64,000 nucleotides of DNA from Candidatus Omnitrophota bacterium (GTDB lineage Bacteria > Omnitrophota > Gorgyraeia > Gygaellales > JBFMHM01). Positions 1 through 10,778 of this stretch are shown here, piece after piece (within the stretch, counting starts at the first letter, position 1; the number at the start of each line of letters is the position of its first letter). Both the position numbers and the translations under genes were made by a program. A model generated the notes under the pieces. That model did no database searches, was not told the DNA's origin, and saw nothing but the letters and a program-made list of their open reading frames with translations. Location: the NCBI GenBank assembly GCA_040753015.1, contig JBFMHM010000001.1, positions 275,157 to 339,156 of the forward strand, given 5' to 3'.

Positions 1-201
1 ACGCAAACACTTCTGGGCAGTTGTTGCACGGCTAAAACCAGAAATTTTACCCATAAACTCATTCTTAAATTGACTCATGCCTGCGGATGTAAAAAGTACG
101 GTTTGATCATCGTAAGGGATTAATGATGCTGAGGCGATAACCTTATGTTTCTTTGATTTAAAGAAATTTATAAATTTCTTACGCAAGATATCTGTCTTCA
201 T
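1..201 (-). CDS. alaS: Alanyl-tRNA synthetase, N-terminal part (gene continues beyond the window start)
   Basis: Reverse-complement translation from the ATG at 201 gives [51 protein letters not shown]...[11 protein letters not shown], the conserved AlaS N-terminus. Not in the ORF table because it is truncated. Confidence 0.8.
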   Translation of the reverse strand, partial: MKTDILRKKFINFFKSKKHKVIASASLIPYDDQTVLFTSAGMSQFKNEFMGKISGFSRATTAQKCLR

Positions 202-218
202 TATCTAATAATCTAGAT

Positions 219-1238
219 TTATTTTACCAAACATTTTTCTTTAACTTCTTTTTCAATCCCTAATAAAACATTTGGATTTTGTTTTAAAAACTGCCGCGCC
301 TGCTCCCTGCCCTGGCCAATCTTTTCATTATTATGAGTAATCCATGTGCCTGATTTCTGTAAAATTCCCTTTGTAACCGCCATATCAAGCAAGCCTCCAG
401 CACGAGAAATGCCTTCATCAAAAAGAATTTCAAATTCTGCTTCTTTAAATGGCGGGGCAACTTTATTTTTTACTACCTTTGCCTTGACGCGCGAACCAAT
501 TACATTATCGCCTTCTTTTATCGCGGCAATCCTGCGTAAATCAAGCCTTACTGAAGAGTAAAATTTTAACGCCCTGCCGCCAGGAGTTGTTTCTGGATTA
601 CCAAAAAATACCCCAATTTTCTCACGTATCTGGTTAATAAAGATAACGCATGTTCTTGATTTATTAATACATGCTGTTAATTTACGTAAAGCTTGTGACA
701 TAAGGCGAGCCTGCAACCCTATCTGGGCCTGCCCCATTTCACCTTCGATTTCTGCTTGAGGAGTAAGCGCAGCAACTGAATCAACAACAATTAAATCAAC
801 AGCATTAGAACGCACTAATGTTTCAGTAATCTCTAAGGCCTGCTCGCCAGTATCCGGCTGGGAAATAAGCAACTCTTCTAAATTTATGCCTATTTTTTTA
901 GCATAACTGGCGTCAAATGCATGCTCTGCGTCAATAAAAGCCGCCACGCCGCCCTTCTTCTGAACTTCGCAAATAATACTTAGAGTTAACGTCGTTTTTC
1001 CTGATGCCTCTGGCCCAAAAATTTCAATAACCCTGCCGCGCGGAATACCTCCTACGCCTAAAGCAAAATCTAGAGCAATAGAACCTGTAGGAATCACATC
1101 AACGTCTAAATGGGTTTGAGTATCCATTTTCATAATAGAGCCCTTGCCAAATTGCTTTTCAATCTGAGCTAAAGCCAACTCTAGGGCCTTTTGCCTTTGA
1201 TTAATTTCTTCTTTTTTCTTTTCTTTATCTTGTGCCAT
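219..1238 (-). CDS. recA: Recombinase RecA
   Basis: 339 aa with Walker [11 protein letters not shown] and the canonical RecA core ([19 protein letters not shown]). Confidence 0.95.
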   Translation of the reverse strand: MAQDKEKKKEEINQRQKALELALAQIEKQFGKGSIMKMDTQTHLDVDVIPTGSIALDFALGVGGIPRGRVIEIFGPEASGKTTLTLSIICEVQKKGGVAAFIDAEHAFDASYAKKIGINLEELLISQPDTGEQALEITETLVRSNAVDLIVVDSVAALTPQAEIEGEMGQAQIGLQARLMSQALRKLTACINKSRTCVIFINQIREKIGVFFGNPETTPGGRALKFYSSVRLDLRRIAAIKEGDNVIGSRVKAKVVKNKVAPPFKEAEFEILFDEGISRAGGLLDMAVTKGILQKSGTWITHNNEKIGQGREQARQFLKQNPNVLLGIEKEVKEKCLVK

Positions 1239-1324
1239 GAAAATACCTCCTTATGAATTTTTAACTCTTAGAAATGTTAGTATATTATACAAATAAACCC
1301 TTATCTTGACAAGCACTTTAACTT

Positions 1325-2518
1325 ATGCTATTTTTACATAATATGGATGAATTAATAAATAACCAAAAAAATCTTGAATTAGAACTCCAAAGAATAAAAA
1401 ACGAGCTTGTCATACTCTATGAAGTTTCTAATGCGATGCTTACCACTCTAAAGCTCGAAGAAATCCTCTACATTACCTTAACTGGTATTACTGCACATTC
1501 CGGCCTTGGCTTTAACCGTGCAATGCTTTTCTTAATTGACGAAAAAAATAACATACTTGAAGGCAGAATGGGCATTGGCCCGGATAATGCTGAAGAAGCT
1601 GGGCATATTTGGCATCAAATAGAATCGCAAAAATTAGACTTAGAAGACCTTATTAATAATTTTCGTAGTTCTAATCCTCTCGGAAAAAGCCATCTGAATC
1701 ATACTATAAAACATATTAGAGTACCATTAAGCCAAGAAGAAGGCGGAATATTAGCCCTAGCATTGCTAGATGGTATGCCGTTACATGTAACAAAAGAATT
1801 ATTTAATCTAAGAGAAAATGACCCTTTGCTTCACACGATACATTCACAAGATTTTGTTACTGCCCCCCTAAAATCAAAAGATAAAACTATCGGCTTGATC
1901 GTTGCCGATAACATGTTCACAAAAAAACCAATAACAAAAGATGATATTCGTCTTTTAACAATGCTTACAAACCAAGCAGCCCTTGCAATTGAAAACTCAC
2001 GCCTCTACGAACAAACATTAATACATGCGCATACTGATTCATTAACCAATTTATGGAATCATGGATTCTTTCAAGACAAGTTAGAAGAAAAATTATCTGA
2101 AGCTGAAAACAGAAACTCCCCACTTAGTATACTTATGATTGATTTAGATGATTTTAAACCCTATAATGACAAACTTGGGCATCAAAAAGGCGATCAATTA
2201 CTAGTTAAAATTGCTACTATCATAAAAGAAACTTTCAGAAGAGAAGACTTTGTTTGCCGATATGGTGGAGAAGAATTTGTAATAATAATGCCGGATACTC
2301 ATAAAAGCAAGGCCTATGAATTTGCCGAGAACATAAGAAAGATAATTGCAGATTACCCTTTGCCGCACGAAGACATTCTGCCCGGGAAAAAACAGACTAT
2401 AAGTATCGGCATCGCAACCTGCCCTGAAGATGGACAACACAAATCTACATTAATAGATCATGCTGATAGGGCATTGTATGAGGCAAAAAGAAAAGGAAAA
2501 AATAGAATATACGGTTAG
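1325..2518 (+). CDS. GAF-domain diguanylate cyclase (GGDEF)
   Basis: GGEEF active site (RYGGEEFVIIM) preceded by a GAF-like N-terminal half. The true start may be the ATG at 1343 (MDELINN). Confidence 0.8.
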   Translation: MLFLHNMDELINNQKNLELELQRIKNELVILYEVSNAMLTTLKLEEILYITLTGITAHSGLGFNRAMLFLIDEKNNILEGRMGIGPDNAEEAGHIWHQIESQKLDLEDLINNFRSSNPLGKSHLNHTIKHIRVPLSQEEGGILALALLDGMPLHVTKELFNLRENDPLLHTIHSQDFVTAPLKSKDKTIGLIVADNMFTKKPITKDDIRLLTMLTNQAALAIENSRLYEQTLIHAHTDSLTNLWNHGFFQDKLEEKLSEAENRNSPLSILMIDLDDFKPYNDKLGHQKGDQLLVKIATIIKETFRREDFVCRYGGEEFVIIMPDTHKSKAYEFAENIRKIIADYPLPHEDILPGKKQTISIGIATCPEDGQHKSTLIDHADRALYEAKRKGKNRIYG

Positions 2519-5500
2519 TTTGATACCATAACTTCTTCTTTAGCCGTATCTTCTTTGTTTATTTCGTCTGTTGCTAAAGCCTTCGAAAGCTTTACTGAAA
2601 CAATCCTTGAAACACCCTGTTCCTGCATAGTAATTCCATACATAACATTGGCGTTTGCCATTGTTTTCTTGTTATGGGTAATAACGATAAATTGTGATTC
2701 TTTCGTAAATTCTTGAAGAACCCTTGAGAACCGATCAACATTTGCCTCATCTAAAGGAGCATCAATTTCATCTAACACGCAAAATGGCGAAGGCTTCACT
2801 TTAAATATCGCGAACATAAGCGCAGTTGCCGAAAGCGCCTTTTCTCCGCCCGAAAGAAGCAGAATATTTTGTAATTTCTTGCCTGGTGGACGGCAAATAA
2901 TTTCAATACCCGAATCTAAAGGATTATTCTCATCAATTAAGAATACGCTTGCATCTCCACCATTAAAAAGATACTTAAAATAATTTTTAAACTCTTCAGC
3001 TATTTTATCAAATGTCTCAACAAATATCTTTCTAGTTGTGCGATTAATTTTTGCTATAGCTTCTTGAATTGAATCTTTTGCTTTTACTAAATCATCCTGT
3101 TGAGCCAATAGGAACTCAAAACGTTTTTTCAATTCATCGAATTCTTCGATTGTAGAAATACTTGCACCTTCGTAACGTTGTAATTTTGATTTTAAATTAT
3201 TGATATTATCGCAAATCGAACTTTCATCGATATCCTCTGCCTGTTTCACATCTGAATTAATATTCTCCCTATAAAGCTGCTGCATCTTATCTAATAGGTT
3301 TAACTTTTGGAATTCGAATGTCTTTTGGCCCATCTCAACCTTATGTATATTATTTTTTAAATCTTCGATTTTTATAACTAACTTTTCTTTATCGGCTTGA
3401 GAGTTTCTAAAATCAATTTCTAGGCAATTAAATTCTTCTTTGATAATTATAAATCCTGAATCTATCTCCTGTTTTTGCGCTAAATTATTTTTAATCTTTA
3501 TTTCTAATTCTTGTATTAATCTATTAAAGTCTTCGAGTTTATTATTAGAATCGTTCTCCTCATTCGTATAACGGTTAAGACTTTCTATATCATTATTATA
3601 AGTAACTTCAAGCATGCTAAGCGCATCTTTTTGAGAATTTAATTTATCTTCAAGCCCGTCAAATTCAGTTTTGTCTTGGGTAATTGATATAAGCAATTCT
3701 TCTTTTGAATACAGCTTCTCTTGTAAAATAATCTGATAATCGCTAATTAATTTATTAGAATTTACTAAAGATTCATCCAGCTGTTTTAGTTTAATATTCG
3801 CATCGTTATTTCTTGTATTAAGGTTCTTCAATTCTTCGCTTAAATCTTCGATTTCAAAAGCAACAATCTCTCCTTCTTGTTTTAGTTTATTCAATTCAAG
3901 CTCTATGCCTTCAAGCCTTGTACTTAAATTCGCTACCTCTATACCTTGAGATTGAATATCTCTATCTAACTGCCTGATTTGTACTTGTTTTGCCTCAGTC
4001 AAACTTTTTTTATCTAAAATTAAGTTTTTTGTGTTATTTATAAAATTGGTTATTTCTTCAATTCTATTAGTAATCGATTCTGTTTCAAGGGGTATTGGCT
4101 TGGCATCACAATGAAGCAGATAATTAAAATTTTGGAAATCTTGTTTAACATTACCACTTAAATTCTCTGTATTATTTACACGCGCCAAAATCCCAGTAAT
4201 ACCGCTTGGTAAATCCTGTACTAAAATTACAGCGTTTAACTTCTGCTCTAGGCCTTCATATTCTGTTTTAAGTTTTTCGATAAATTCCCGCTGTGACTCC
4301 AATTTTATTTTTTGATTTTCTAAATCCTGGCAAGATTTATTTAAGGAGATGAGTTCATCGCTTAATTTTGTAAGCTCATCTTGCATGTTCTGCCTATCTG
4401 TGTTTAAAATATCAAACCGTGACTTAGACTGTGTTAATAATGAATTCAAATCATTGTAGCTCTGCTCAACAACTGCCTTTTCCTGATTAGTTTTTTCATT
4501 CTCAAGCTCGAGCCTTTTTTTACGTACATTTATATTCTGGATTCCGACATTAATTTCTATAATTGAATTTTTAAGCCTGCTTAATTCGGTAGTCAAATCT
4601 AAAATATTAGTTTTTTCCTGAATAATATTTTTTTCTGTCGATTTAATCACCTCTATCGTTTCTTTTAGTAAGCCTTCCTTTTTATTTATCTCTTCCTTAA
4701 GCAATAAAAATAAATTTTGAGTATGTTCAACTTGAGACTTATGCTCATCGACTTTTATCTGGCCATCTTTAATCCTAGTATCAAGCTCACTTTTTAGCTT
4801 CACCAGACTTTTTAACCTCACAGCTATTTCTTTAATTCTTTCTTTTGTAATATCCATATGTTGTAAATCGTTTTTGATACTATTTTCTAAAATCACTAAT
4901 TGATCTTTTGTCTGATTAATCTTGGCCTCTCCAAAAGATAACTTCTCTTTCTTATCTATTAAAGCTGCATCTAAAGCGGCTAATTCGTCCTGGCACAAAC
5001 TTAAAGTTTCGCTTTCTTTTGAATAATTTTTTGTTAAAAGTTCCAACTCTTTATTAATCTTTGCTATCTGAAAATTCGCAAGGCTTATTTCTGCCTGCTT
5101 TAATTCATCAAATATTTCCTTATAACGGCGGGCTTTGGTTGCCTGGCGCTCTAAAGAATCAATCTGGCGTTTTACCTCTAGAATTATATCGTTAATTCTA
5201 ACTAAATTTTGCTCTGTATCTTCTAATTTATTCAAAGCCTCTCTTTTCTGAGATTTATATTTAGTTATCCCGCTTGCTTCATCAAAAATCAAACGCCTAT
5301 CTTCAGGCCGCGAACTTAATATCAAATCCATCTTACCTTGTTCAACTAAAGAGTAGCTCTCGGCACCAATACCTGTGCCCATAAATAACTCTACGATATC
5401 TTTAAGGCGCACTAATGCTTTATTTATAAAATATTCGCTATCGCCTGAACGGTAGAGCCGCCGAGTAACTGTTACATCAGTTTCTTCAAGCGGCAAAATC

Positions 5501-5766
5501 TTCTTTTCATTAGAGAATGTAAGGTTTACTTCGGCAAATCCGACTGGTGGCCGTAAATCAGTTCCGCTAAAAATTACATCTTCCATTTTTGACCCACGCA
5601 TTGATTTAACAGACTGTTCACCTAACACCCAGCGGATACTATCAAATATATTTGATTTTCCGCATCCATTGGGCCCAACAACAGCAGTAATACCCGGTTC
5701 GAAATGAAGCGCGGTCTTTTCTGCAAAAGATTTAAAACCTAAAATTTCAAGTTTTTTTAAATACAT
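2515..5766 (-). CDS. smc: Chromosome segregation protein SMC
   Basis: 1083 aa. N-terminal Walker A GPNGCGKSN, long coiled coils and a C-terminal LSGGEKALSATAL signature. Confidence 0.9.
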   Translation of the reverse strand: MYLKKLEILGFKSFAEKTALHFEPGITAVVGPNGCGKSNIFDSIRWVLGEQSVKSMRGSKMEDVIFSGTDLRPPVGFAEVNLTFSNEKKILPLEETDVTVTRRLYRSGDSEYFINKALVRLKDIVELFMGTGIGAESYSLVEQGKMDLILSSRPEDRRLIFDEASGITKYKSQKREALNKLEDTEQNLVRINDIILEVKRQIDSLERQATKARRYKEIFDELKQAEISLANFQIAKINKELELLTKNYSKESETLSLCQDELAALDAALIDKKEKLSFGEAKINQTKDQLVILENSIKNDLQHMDITKERIKEIAVRLKSLVKLKSELDTRIKDGQIKVDEHKSQVEHTQNLFLLLKEEINKKEGLLKETIEVIKSTEKNIIQEKTNILDLTTELSRLKNSIIEINVGIQNINVRKKRLELENEKTNQEKAVVEQSYNDLNSLLTQSKSRFDILNTDRQNMQDELTKLSDELISLNKSCQDLENQKIKLESQREFIEKLKTEYEGLEQKLNAVILVQDLPSGITGILARVNNTENLSGNVKQDFQNFNYLLHCDAKPIPLETESITNRIEEITNFINNTKNLILDKKSLTEAKQVQIRQLDRDIQSQGIEVANLSTRLEGIELELNKLKQEGEIVAFEIEDLSEELKNLNTRNNDANIKLKQLDESLVNSNKLISDYQIILQEKLYSKEELLISITQDKTEFDGLEDKLNSQKDALSMLEVTYNNDIESLNRYTNEENDSNNKLEDFNRLIQELEIKIKNNLAQKQEIDSGFIIIKEEFNCLEIDFRNSQADKEKLVIKIEDLKNNIHKVEMGQKTFEFQKLNLLDKMQQLYRENINSDVKQAEDIDESSICDNINNLKSKLQRYEGASISTIEEFDELKKRFEFLLAQQDDLVKAKDSIQEAIAKINRTTRKIFVETFDKIAEEFKNYFKYLFNGGDASVFLIDENNPLDSGIEIICRPPGKKLQNILLLSGGEKALSATALMFAIFKVKPSPFCVLDEIDAPLDEANVDRFSRVLQEFTKESQFIVITHNKKTMANANVMYGITMQEQGVSRIVSVKLSKALATDEINKEDTAKEEVMVSN

Positions 5767-7016
5767 TATTGACGGGCTTTTTTAAATTCTTCTGTTAATT
5801 TAGGAATAATCTCAAATAAATCACCTACAATACCATACGTTGCAACATTAAAAATTGGGGCATAAGGATCTGAATTAATTGCAATAATAATTTTTGACGA
5901 CTGCATACCGACTAAATGCTGAATTTGGCCAGATATACCACAGGCAAAATAAATCTTTGGGCACACGGTTTTACCGGTTTGCCCTACCTGATGAGAATAA
6001 CCCAACCATCCGCTATCTACTGCTGAGCGCGATGCACCAACCGCTCCTCCCAAGACTCTTGCTAACTCTTCTAGTAGGATAAAATTTTCTTTTGCCTTCA
6101 TACCTCTGCCGCCAGAAACAATAATATCAGCTTCGGCAATATTTACAGTAGATGATATCTCCTCTACAAACTGCAAAACATTAGTGCGCGAAAACAAAGC
6201 ATCATCATTAAGCTTTTCTCTAATAATTTTGCCTTTACGATTTTTATCTATCCCGGCCTCTTTCATTACTTTATGCCGCACCGTTGCCATTTGTGGACGG
6301 TGGTTTGGACAAATAATTGTTGCCATAATATTCCCGCCAAAAGCCGGGCGGGTTTGGAGCAGAAGTCTTTTCTCTTTATCAACATCAAGGCCTGTACAAT
6401 CAGCAGTTAAACCAGCATTAACAATTACGGCAATACGCGCCATAAGAGACCTGCCAATTGTAGTTGCACCGCTCAAAAAAATTTCCGGCTTATATTTCTC
6501 TATCAATTTAACTATGATTTTTGTATATGCTTCATCGCAAAAACTAGCTAATTTCGCATCTTCAACTAAATACACATTATCAGCACCGCGCTGGAATAAT
6601 TCAGCTGCCTGATTCTCAACATTATCACCTAGCAATACAGCAGAAACCTCTGTATTTAAATCTTTGGCAAGATCTTTTGCTTTTGCTAAAAGCTCAAATG
6701 CCACCGATTGAACTTTACCTTTTTTCTGCTCAGCAAAAACCCAAACACCCTTATAATCTTCTAATTTAATTTTCTTAATAATAGATTCTTTTTTATCTAA
6801 CCTAATTGCTCCAAATTTACAAGATTCTAGGCAAGCTCCGCATAAGTTGCATTTATCCAAATCAATTACTGCCTTTTTACCTACAGCTTCGCCGCGCCCA
6901 AAGGCGTCGACGCAGGCGCGAGGCGAGTCAACAAGCTTAATTGCTCCAAAAGGACAAACCTTGATACATAAAGAACACCCTACGCATTTATCTAATATAA
7001 CGCTAATCATCCGCAA
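5766..7016 (-). CDS. etfA: Electron transfer flavoprotein alpha subunit with N-terminal 2x[4Fe-4S] ferredoxin domain (FixB-like)
   Basis: Two CxxCxxCxxxCP motifs (CVGCSLCIKVCP, CNLCGACLESCK) followed by the EtfA FAD-binding core. Confidence 0.85.
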   Translation of the reverse strand: MRMISVILDKCVGCSLCIKVCPFGAIKLVDSPRACVDAFGRGEAVGKKAVIDLDKCNLCGACLESCKFGAIRLDKKESIIKKIKLEDYKGVWVFAEQKKGKVQSVAFELLAKAKDLAKDLNTEVSAVLLGDNVENQAAELFQRGADNVYLVEDAKLASFCDEAYTKIIVKLIEKYKPEIFLSGATTIGRSLMARIAVIVNAGLTADCTGLDVDKEKRLLLQTRPAFGGNIMATIICPNHRPQMATVRHKVMKEAGIDKNRKGKIIREKLNDDALFSRTNVLQFVEEISSTVNIAEADIIVSGGRGMKAKENFILLEELARVLGGAVGASRSAVDSGWLGYSHQVGQTGKTVCPKIYFACGISGQIQHLVGMQSSKIIIAINSDPYAPIFNVATYGIVGDLFEIIPKLTEEFKKARQ

Positions 7017-7789
7017 ATATCTCCTTTTAGAGAATTAACTAAATTACGCACTATTTCCTCTGTTGTCCCTTCAAGTAATTTACCTTTTTCTTTCGGCGGC
7101 GGCGTGAATATCTTTACAACTTTTGTAGGTGATCCGTTTAAACCAATATCTGCCTCATTAAGCTCTAAATCCTTATAAGTCCACTGTGTAATAACTGCTT
7201 TCTTTGCGCGCATCATATTCTTCAAAGATGCCAATCGTGGTTCGTTAATTTCTTTGACCACGGTAATTAACACTGGCAGGCTAGATTCAATAATATCAAA
7301 ACCCTCTTCCATTAATCGCTCTACCTTAATTTGGCCATTAATAATACTTTCAATCTTTCTTACATAGGTAACCTGTGGAATGTCTAAATGCGCTGAAATT
7401 CCCGGGCCAACTTGGGCCGTGTCGCCATCGCTTGCCTGCTTGCCGCAAATAATAATATCAAACCCAGATTTTTTAATCGCACTAGCCAAAGTAAAACTGG
7501 TTGCCCAAGTATCAGATCCAGCAAAGGCACGATCACAAACGAGTATTGCATTATCTATACCAAGGCTTAACGCCTGACGAAGAGCTTCGGCTGCTTGGGG
7601 CGGCCCCATACTAATTGCTGTAGTTTCACCGCCAAAACGCTCTTTCAAACGTAATGCCTCTTCTATTGCATACATATCAAAAGGATTAATTATTGACTGA
7701 ACCCCTTCCCGAACCAAAGTATTTGTCTCGGGATTAATTTTTACTTCTGTTGTCTCTGGAACTTGTTTTATACAAACTACTATTTTCAT
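7007..7789 (-). CDS. etfB: Electron transfer flavoprotein beta subunit (FixA-like)
   Basis: MKIVVCIKQVPETTEVKI... is the EtfB fold. Overlaps the etfA start. Confidence 0.85.
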   Translation of the reverse strand: MKIVVCIKQVPETTEVKINPETNTLVREGVQSIINPFDMYAIEEALRLKERFGGETTAISMGPPQAAEALRQALSLGIDNAILVCDRAFAGSDTWATSFTLASAIKKSGFDIIICGKQASDGDTAQVGPGISAHLDIPQVTYVRKIESIINGQIKVERLMEEGFDIIESSLPVLITVVKEINEPRLASLKNMMRAKKAVITQWTYKDLELNEADIGLNGSPTKVVKIFTPPPKEKGKLLEGTTEEIVRNLVNSLKGDICG

Positions 7790-7792
7790 ATA

Positions 7793-8947
7793 TTATTTCT
7801 TCTTACTCTCTTTTATTAAACCTAACGCAATAATATTCCTTTGAATCTGATTTGTACCCTCATAAATTTGGGTAATTTTTGCATCACGCATAAATTTTTC
7901 TGCAGGGTACTCTTTCATATAACCATAACCACCCAAAATCTGCACAGCATCCGTTGTCACTTCCATCGCAACATCAGAAGCAAAAAGTTTTGCCATTGCA
8001 CTTTCTTTAGCAACATCCTTACTGCCAGAATCGATCGCCCGTGCGCAAGAATATACTAATGCACGCGCTGCTTCTGTTTTTGTTGCCATATCTGCAAGCA
8101 TAAATTGTATGCCTTGAAAACTTGAGATCGCCTTACCAAATTGCTTTCTTTCGTTAGCATATTCTATTGCAATATCAATTGCCCCTTGAGCGATGCCTAA
8201 TGCTTGCGCTGCCACACCCGGCCGCGACATATCAAAAGTCTTCATTGTAATAATAAAACCCATACCTTCCTTAGAAAGCAAATTAGCTGCGGGAATTTTA
8301 CAATCAGTAAATATCAACTCTCGCGTAACTGATGCCCTAATCCCAAGCTTGTCTTCTTTTTTGCCGAAGGTGAAACCAGGAGTACCCCGTTCTACAATAA
8401 ATGCTGAAGCGCCTCGAGCTCCTTTTGTTTTATCAGTCATTGCTACAATTGTATAAATATCTGCCTCTCCGCCATTAGTAATAAAATGCTTTGTGCCATT
8501 TAAAACATAGTGATCGCCAACTTTTTTTGCGGTTGTTTGAATTGCTGAAGCATCGGAACCAGCTGCAGGCTCTGTTAAACCAAATGCCGCAATACTTGTA
8601 CCCTTTGCAAGTGGCGGTAAATATTTTTTCTTTTGTTCATCATTGCCAAATAAAATTATAGGAAATGTACCAAGAGCACTTGCTGCATAACACACAGCAA
8701 TACCGCCGCAGGCACGAGAAAGTTCTTCTGTTACAATACATAGATCCATAACGCTTCCGCCCGTACCGCCATATTCAGATGGAACAAACACTGAAAAAAG
8801 ATCTGACTGTGCAAGTATTTTCATAATCGGCCAAGGGAATTCTTCTGTTTTATCATATTCTCCAGCAACCGGCTTAATTTTTTCTCGTGCAATCTCCCTG
8901 CTTAATTCTTGAAGCATTTTTTGTTCTTCTGTTAATAAATAATCCAT
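7793..8947 (-). CDS. Acyl-CoA dehydrogenase (short-chain, butyryl-CoA dehydrogenase-like)
   Basis: 384 aa with acyl-CoA dehydrogenase motifs (GLTEPAAGSDA, the YEGTNQIQR C-terminus). Lies immediately upstream of etfBA. Confidence 0.85.
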   Translation of the reverse strand: MDYLLTEEQKMLQELSREIAREKIKPVAGEYDKTEEFPWPIMKILAQSDLFSVFVPSEYGGTGGSVMDLCIVTEELSRACGGIAVCYAASALGTFPIILFGNDEQKKKYLPPLAKGTSIAAFGLTEPAAGSDASAIQTTAKKVGDHYVLNGTKHFITNGGEADIYTIVAMTDKTKGARGASAFIVERGTPGFTFGKKEDKLGIRASVTRELIFTDCKIPAANLLSKEGMGFIITMKTFDMSRPGVAAQALGIAQGAIDIAIEYANERKQFGKAISSFQGIQFMLADMATKTEAARALVYSCARAIDSGSKDVAKESAMAKLFASDVAMEVTTDAVQILGGYGYMKEYPAEKFMRDAKITQIYEGTNQIQRNIIALGLIKESKKK

Positions 8948-8962
8948 CTCTTCATCTCCTTA

Positions 8963-9415
8963 TTAAAGCTGCTTTGCCAATGCGATCTCATTGCAGTCTG
9001 GGAATTTTGCGCATTTAATGCATTCAACCCAAATCTTATGAGGAAGTGCCTTATGACTGATTTTTTTAAACCCAAACTTTTTAAAAAATTCTGGTTTGTA
9101 AGTTAAAACAAAAATCTTTTTAATCCCTAAATCTTTTGCATCATTAATACATTTAAAAACTAGGTCTTTAGCGATTCCCTGCTTTTGAAACTTTTGATTA
9201 ACAGCCAAAGATTTAATTTCTGCTAAATTATCCCAGCCAATAATGTGGAGTGCCGCACAACCAACTATCCTATCATTTTTCTCTTCTACCCAAAAATCAC
9301 GCAACCCCTGATAAAGCTCATCTAAAGAACGTAAAAGCATTAAATCTTTTTTAGCATAAAAATTAATCAAATTTTGAATTTGTCTTATATCGTTAAGGCG
9401 GGCTTTTCTCAACAT
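8963..9415 (-). CDS. GNAT family N-acetyltransferase
   Basis: 150 aa with a GNAT motif (QKFQKQGIAKDLV). Confidence 0.6.
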   Translation of the reverse strand: MLRKARLNDIRQIQNLINFYAKKDLMLLRSLDELYQGLRDFWVEEKNDRIVGCAALHIIGWDNLAEIKSLAVNQKFQKQGIAKDLVFKCINDAKDLGIKKIFVLTYKPEFFKKFGFKKISHKALPHKIWVECIKCAKFPDCNEIALAKQL

Positions 9416-9416
9416 T

Positions 9417-10010
9417 TCACATTAAACCTAAAATACCTTCGCGGACCAGCATTACAGCAATTGCCGCAAGTAAAATATCAGCAATTTTTGAAAATGCCTG
9501 GCTGCCATCATAACCCATAACTTTGATTATAAAATCAGAGAACCTAAATGAAACGGCACAAATAAATAAATTTAATACAAGAGCGGTAAATGTTGGCACT
9601 ATACCGTATTTATCTAAAATCATTAATGTCATTGTCAGCACTGCTGGGCCTGTAATAAGCGGAGTCCCTAGAGGAAATACACTGATATCCTTATCGGAGC
9701 CGCTGGAAAAAGCATGTTTAGTTTTACCTACTAGAAGCATTTTACCTGCAATCACAAATAAAAGAATACCGCCGGCAATTTGAAAATCAGAATTTGTGAT
9801 ACCTAATACTTTAAAAATTAATCTACCAATAAACATAAATAATATGGCTAAAATACCAGCTGTAGAAATAGATTTTACTATCACCCTGTGCCTTCTCTTA
9901 CTAGATAAACCTTCTGTCAAGGCAATAAACAAAGGCACATTAGCTAACGCGTCCATTGCTACAAAAATCGGAATGAATGCCAATATGTATATCTTAAATG
10001 TTTCAAACAT
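9417..10010 (-). CDS. MarC family integral membrane protein
   Basis: 197 aa multi-pass hydrophobic protein with a MarC/UPF0056-like profile. Confidence 0.55.
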   Translation of the reverse strand: MFETFKIYILAFIPIFVAMDALANVPLFIALTEGLSSKRRHRVIVKSISTAGILAILFMFIGRLIFKVLGITNSDFQIAGGILLFVIAGKMLLVGKTKHAFSSGSDKDISVFPLGTPLITGPAVLTMTLMILDKYGIVPTFTALVLNLFICAVSFRFSDFIIKVMGYDGSQAFSKIADILLAAIAVMLVREGILGLM

Positions 10011-10025
10011 AGAAAATATTATATA

Positions 10026-10778
10026 CTAGTTACTTGAAAATGACAAGCAAGAGATTAATTTTTTTGTATAAGCATGTTTTGGGTTATTATAAATATCCTG
10101 GGTCTTGCCTATTTCAACAATCTTTCCCTCATGCATCACCAAAACCCTCGATGACATTATTTCGATCACCCTTAAGTCATGGCTGATAAATAAATATGTA
10201 AGCCCAAACTCTTTTTTTATATTCAATAAAAGGTTTAGAATCTTAACTTGGATTGTTAAATCTAAAGAAGATACCGGCTCATCTAGTACTATAAATTTTG
10301 GAAAAGTGCTTAAGGCACGGGCAATACAAATTCTTTGACGCTCTCCTCCGCTGACTTCGCCCGGCCTTCTTTCTAAAAAATCTTTCCCCAGCCCAACTAA
10401 AGAAAGAAGCTCAACTGCTTTTTTCTTAACATCACCCCTTTCAATCAACCTATGTATCAACGCTCCTTCGGTTACAATATCTAAAATTTTTAATTTAGGA
10501 TTTAGGCTAAGATATGGGTTCTGAAAAATAATCTGCACATCTTTGCGTAAATTATTAATATTATTTGAATATTTAATTAACCCGGATGTAGGTTCAATCA
10601 ACTTTAAGATAACCTTGGCTAAAGTAGTCTTTCCAGAACCAGACTCACCAACTACACCAAGAGTTTCAGACTGCTCTAATAAAAAACTAATATCATCTAT
10701 AGCGCGAGTTTCCCTTTTTTTGCCAAAAAAACTCTCATTATAAAAATATTTTTTTAAATTATCTATTTTTAATAACAT
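10026..10778 (-). CDS. Peptide ABC transporter ATP-binding protein (DppF/OppF-like)
   Basis: Walker A GESGSGKTT and ABC signature LSGGERQR. Confidence 0.85.
   Translation of the reverse strand: MLLKIDNLKKYFYNESFFGKKRETRAIDDISFLLEQSETLGVVGESGSGKTTLAKVILKLIEPTSGLIKYSNNINNLRKDVQIIFQNPYLSLNPKLKILDIVTEGALIHRLIERGDVKKKAVELLSLVGLGKDFLERRPGEVSGGERQRICIARALSTFPKFIVLDEPVSSLDLTIQVKILNLLLNIKKEFGLTYLFISHDLRVIEIMSSRVLVMHEGKIVEIGKTQDIYNNPKHAYTKKLISCLSFSSN

Noticed and set aside
346-561. Short plus-strand ORFs (e.g. 346-561, 6184-6612, 8193-8456, 24446-24790) antisense to recA, etfA, the acyl-CoA dehydrogenase gene and pgk
   Set aside because: Each is fully embedded antisense within a well-supported conserved gene and has no RBS.
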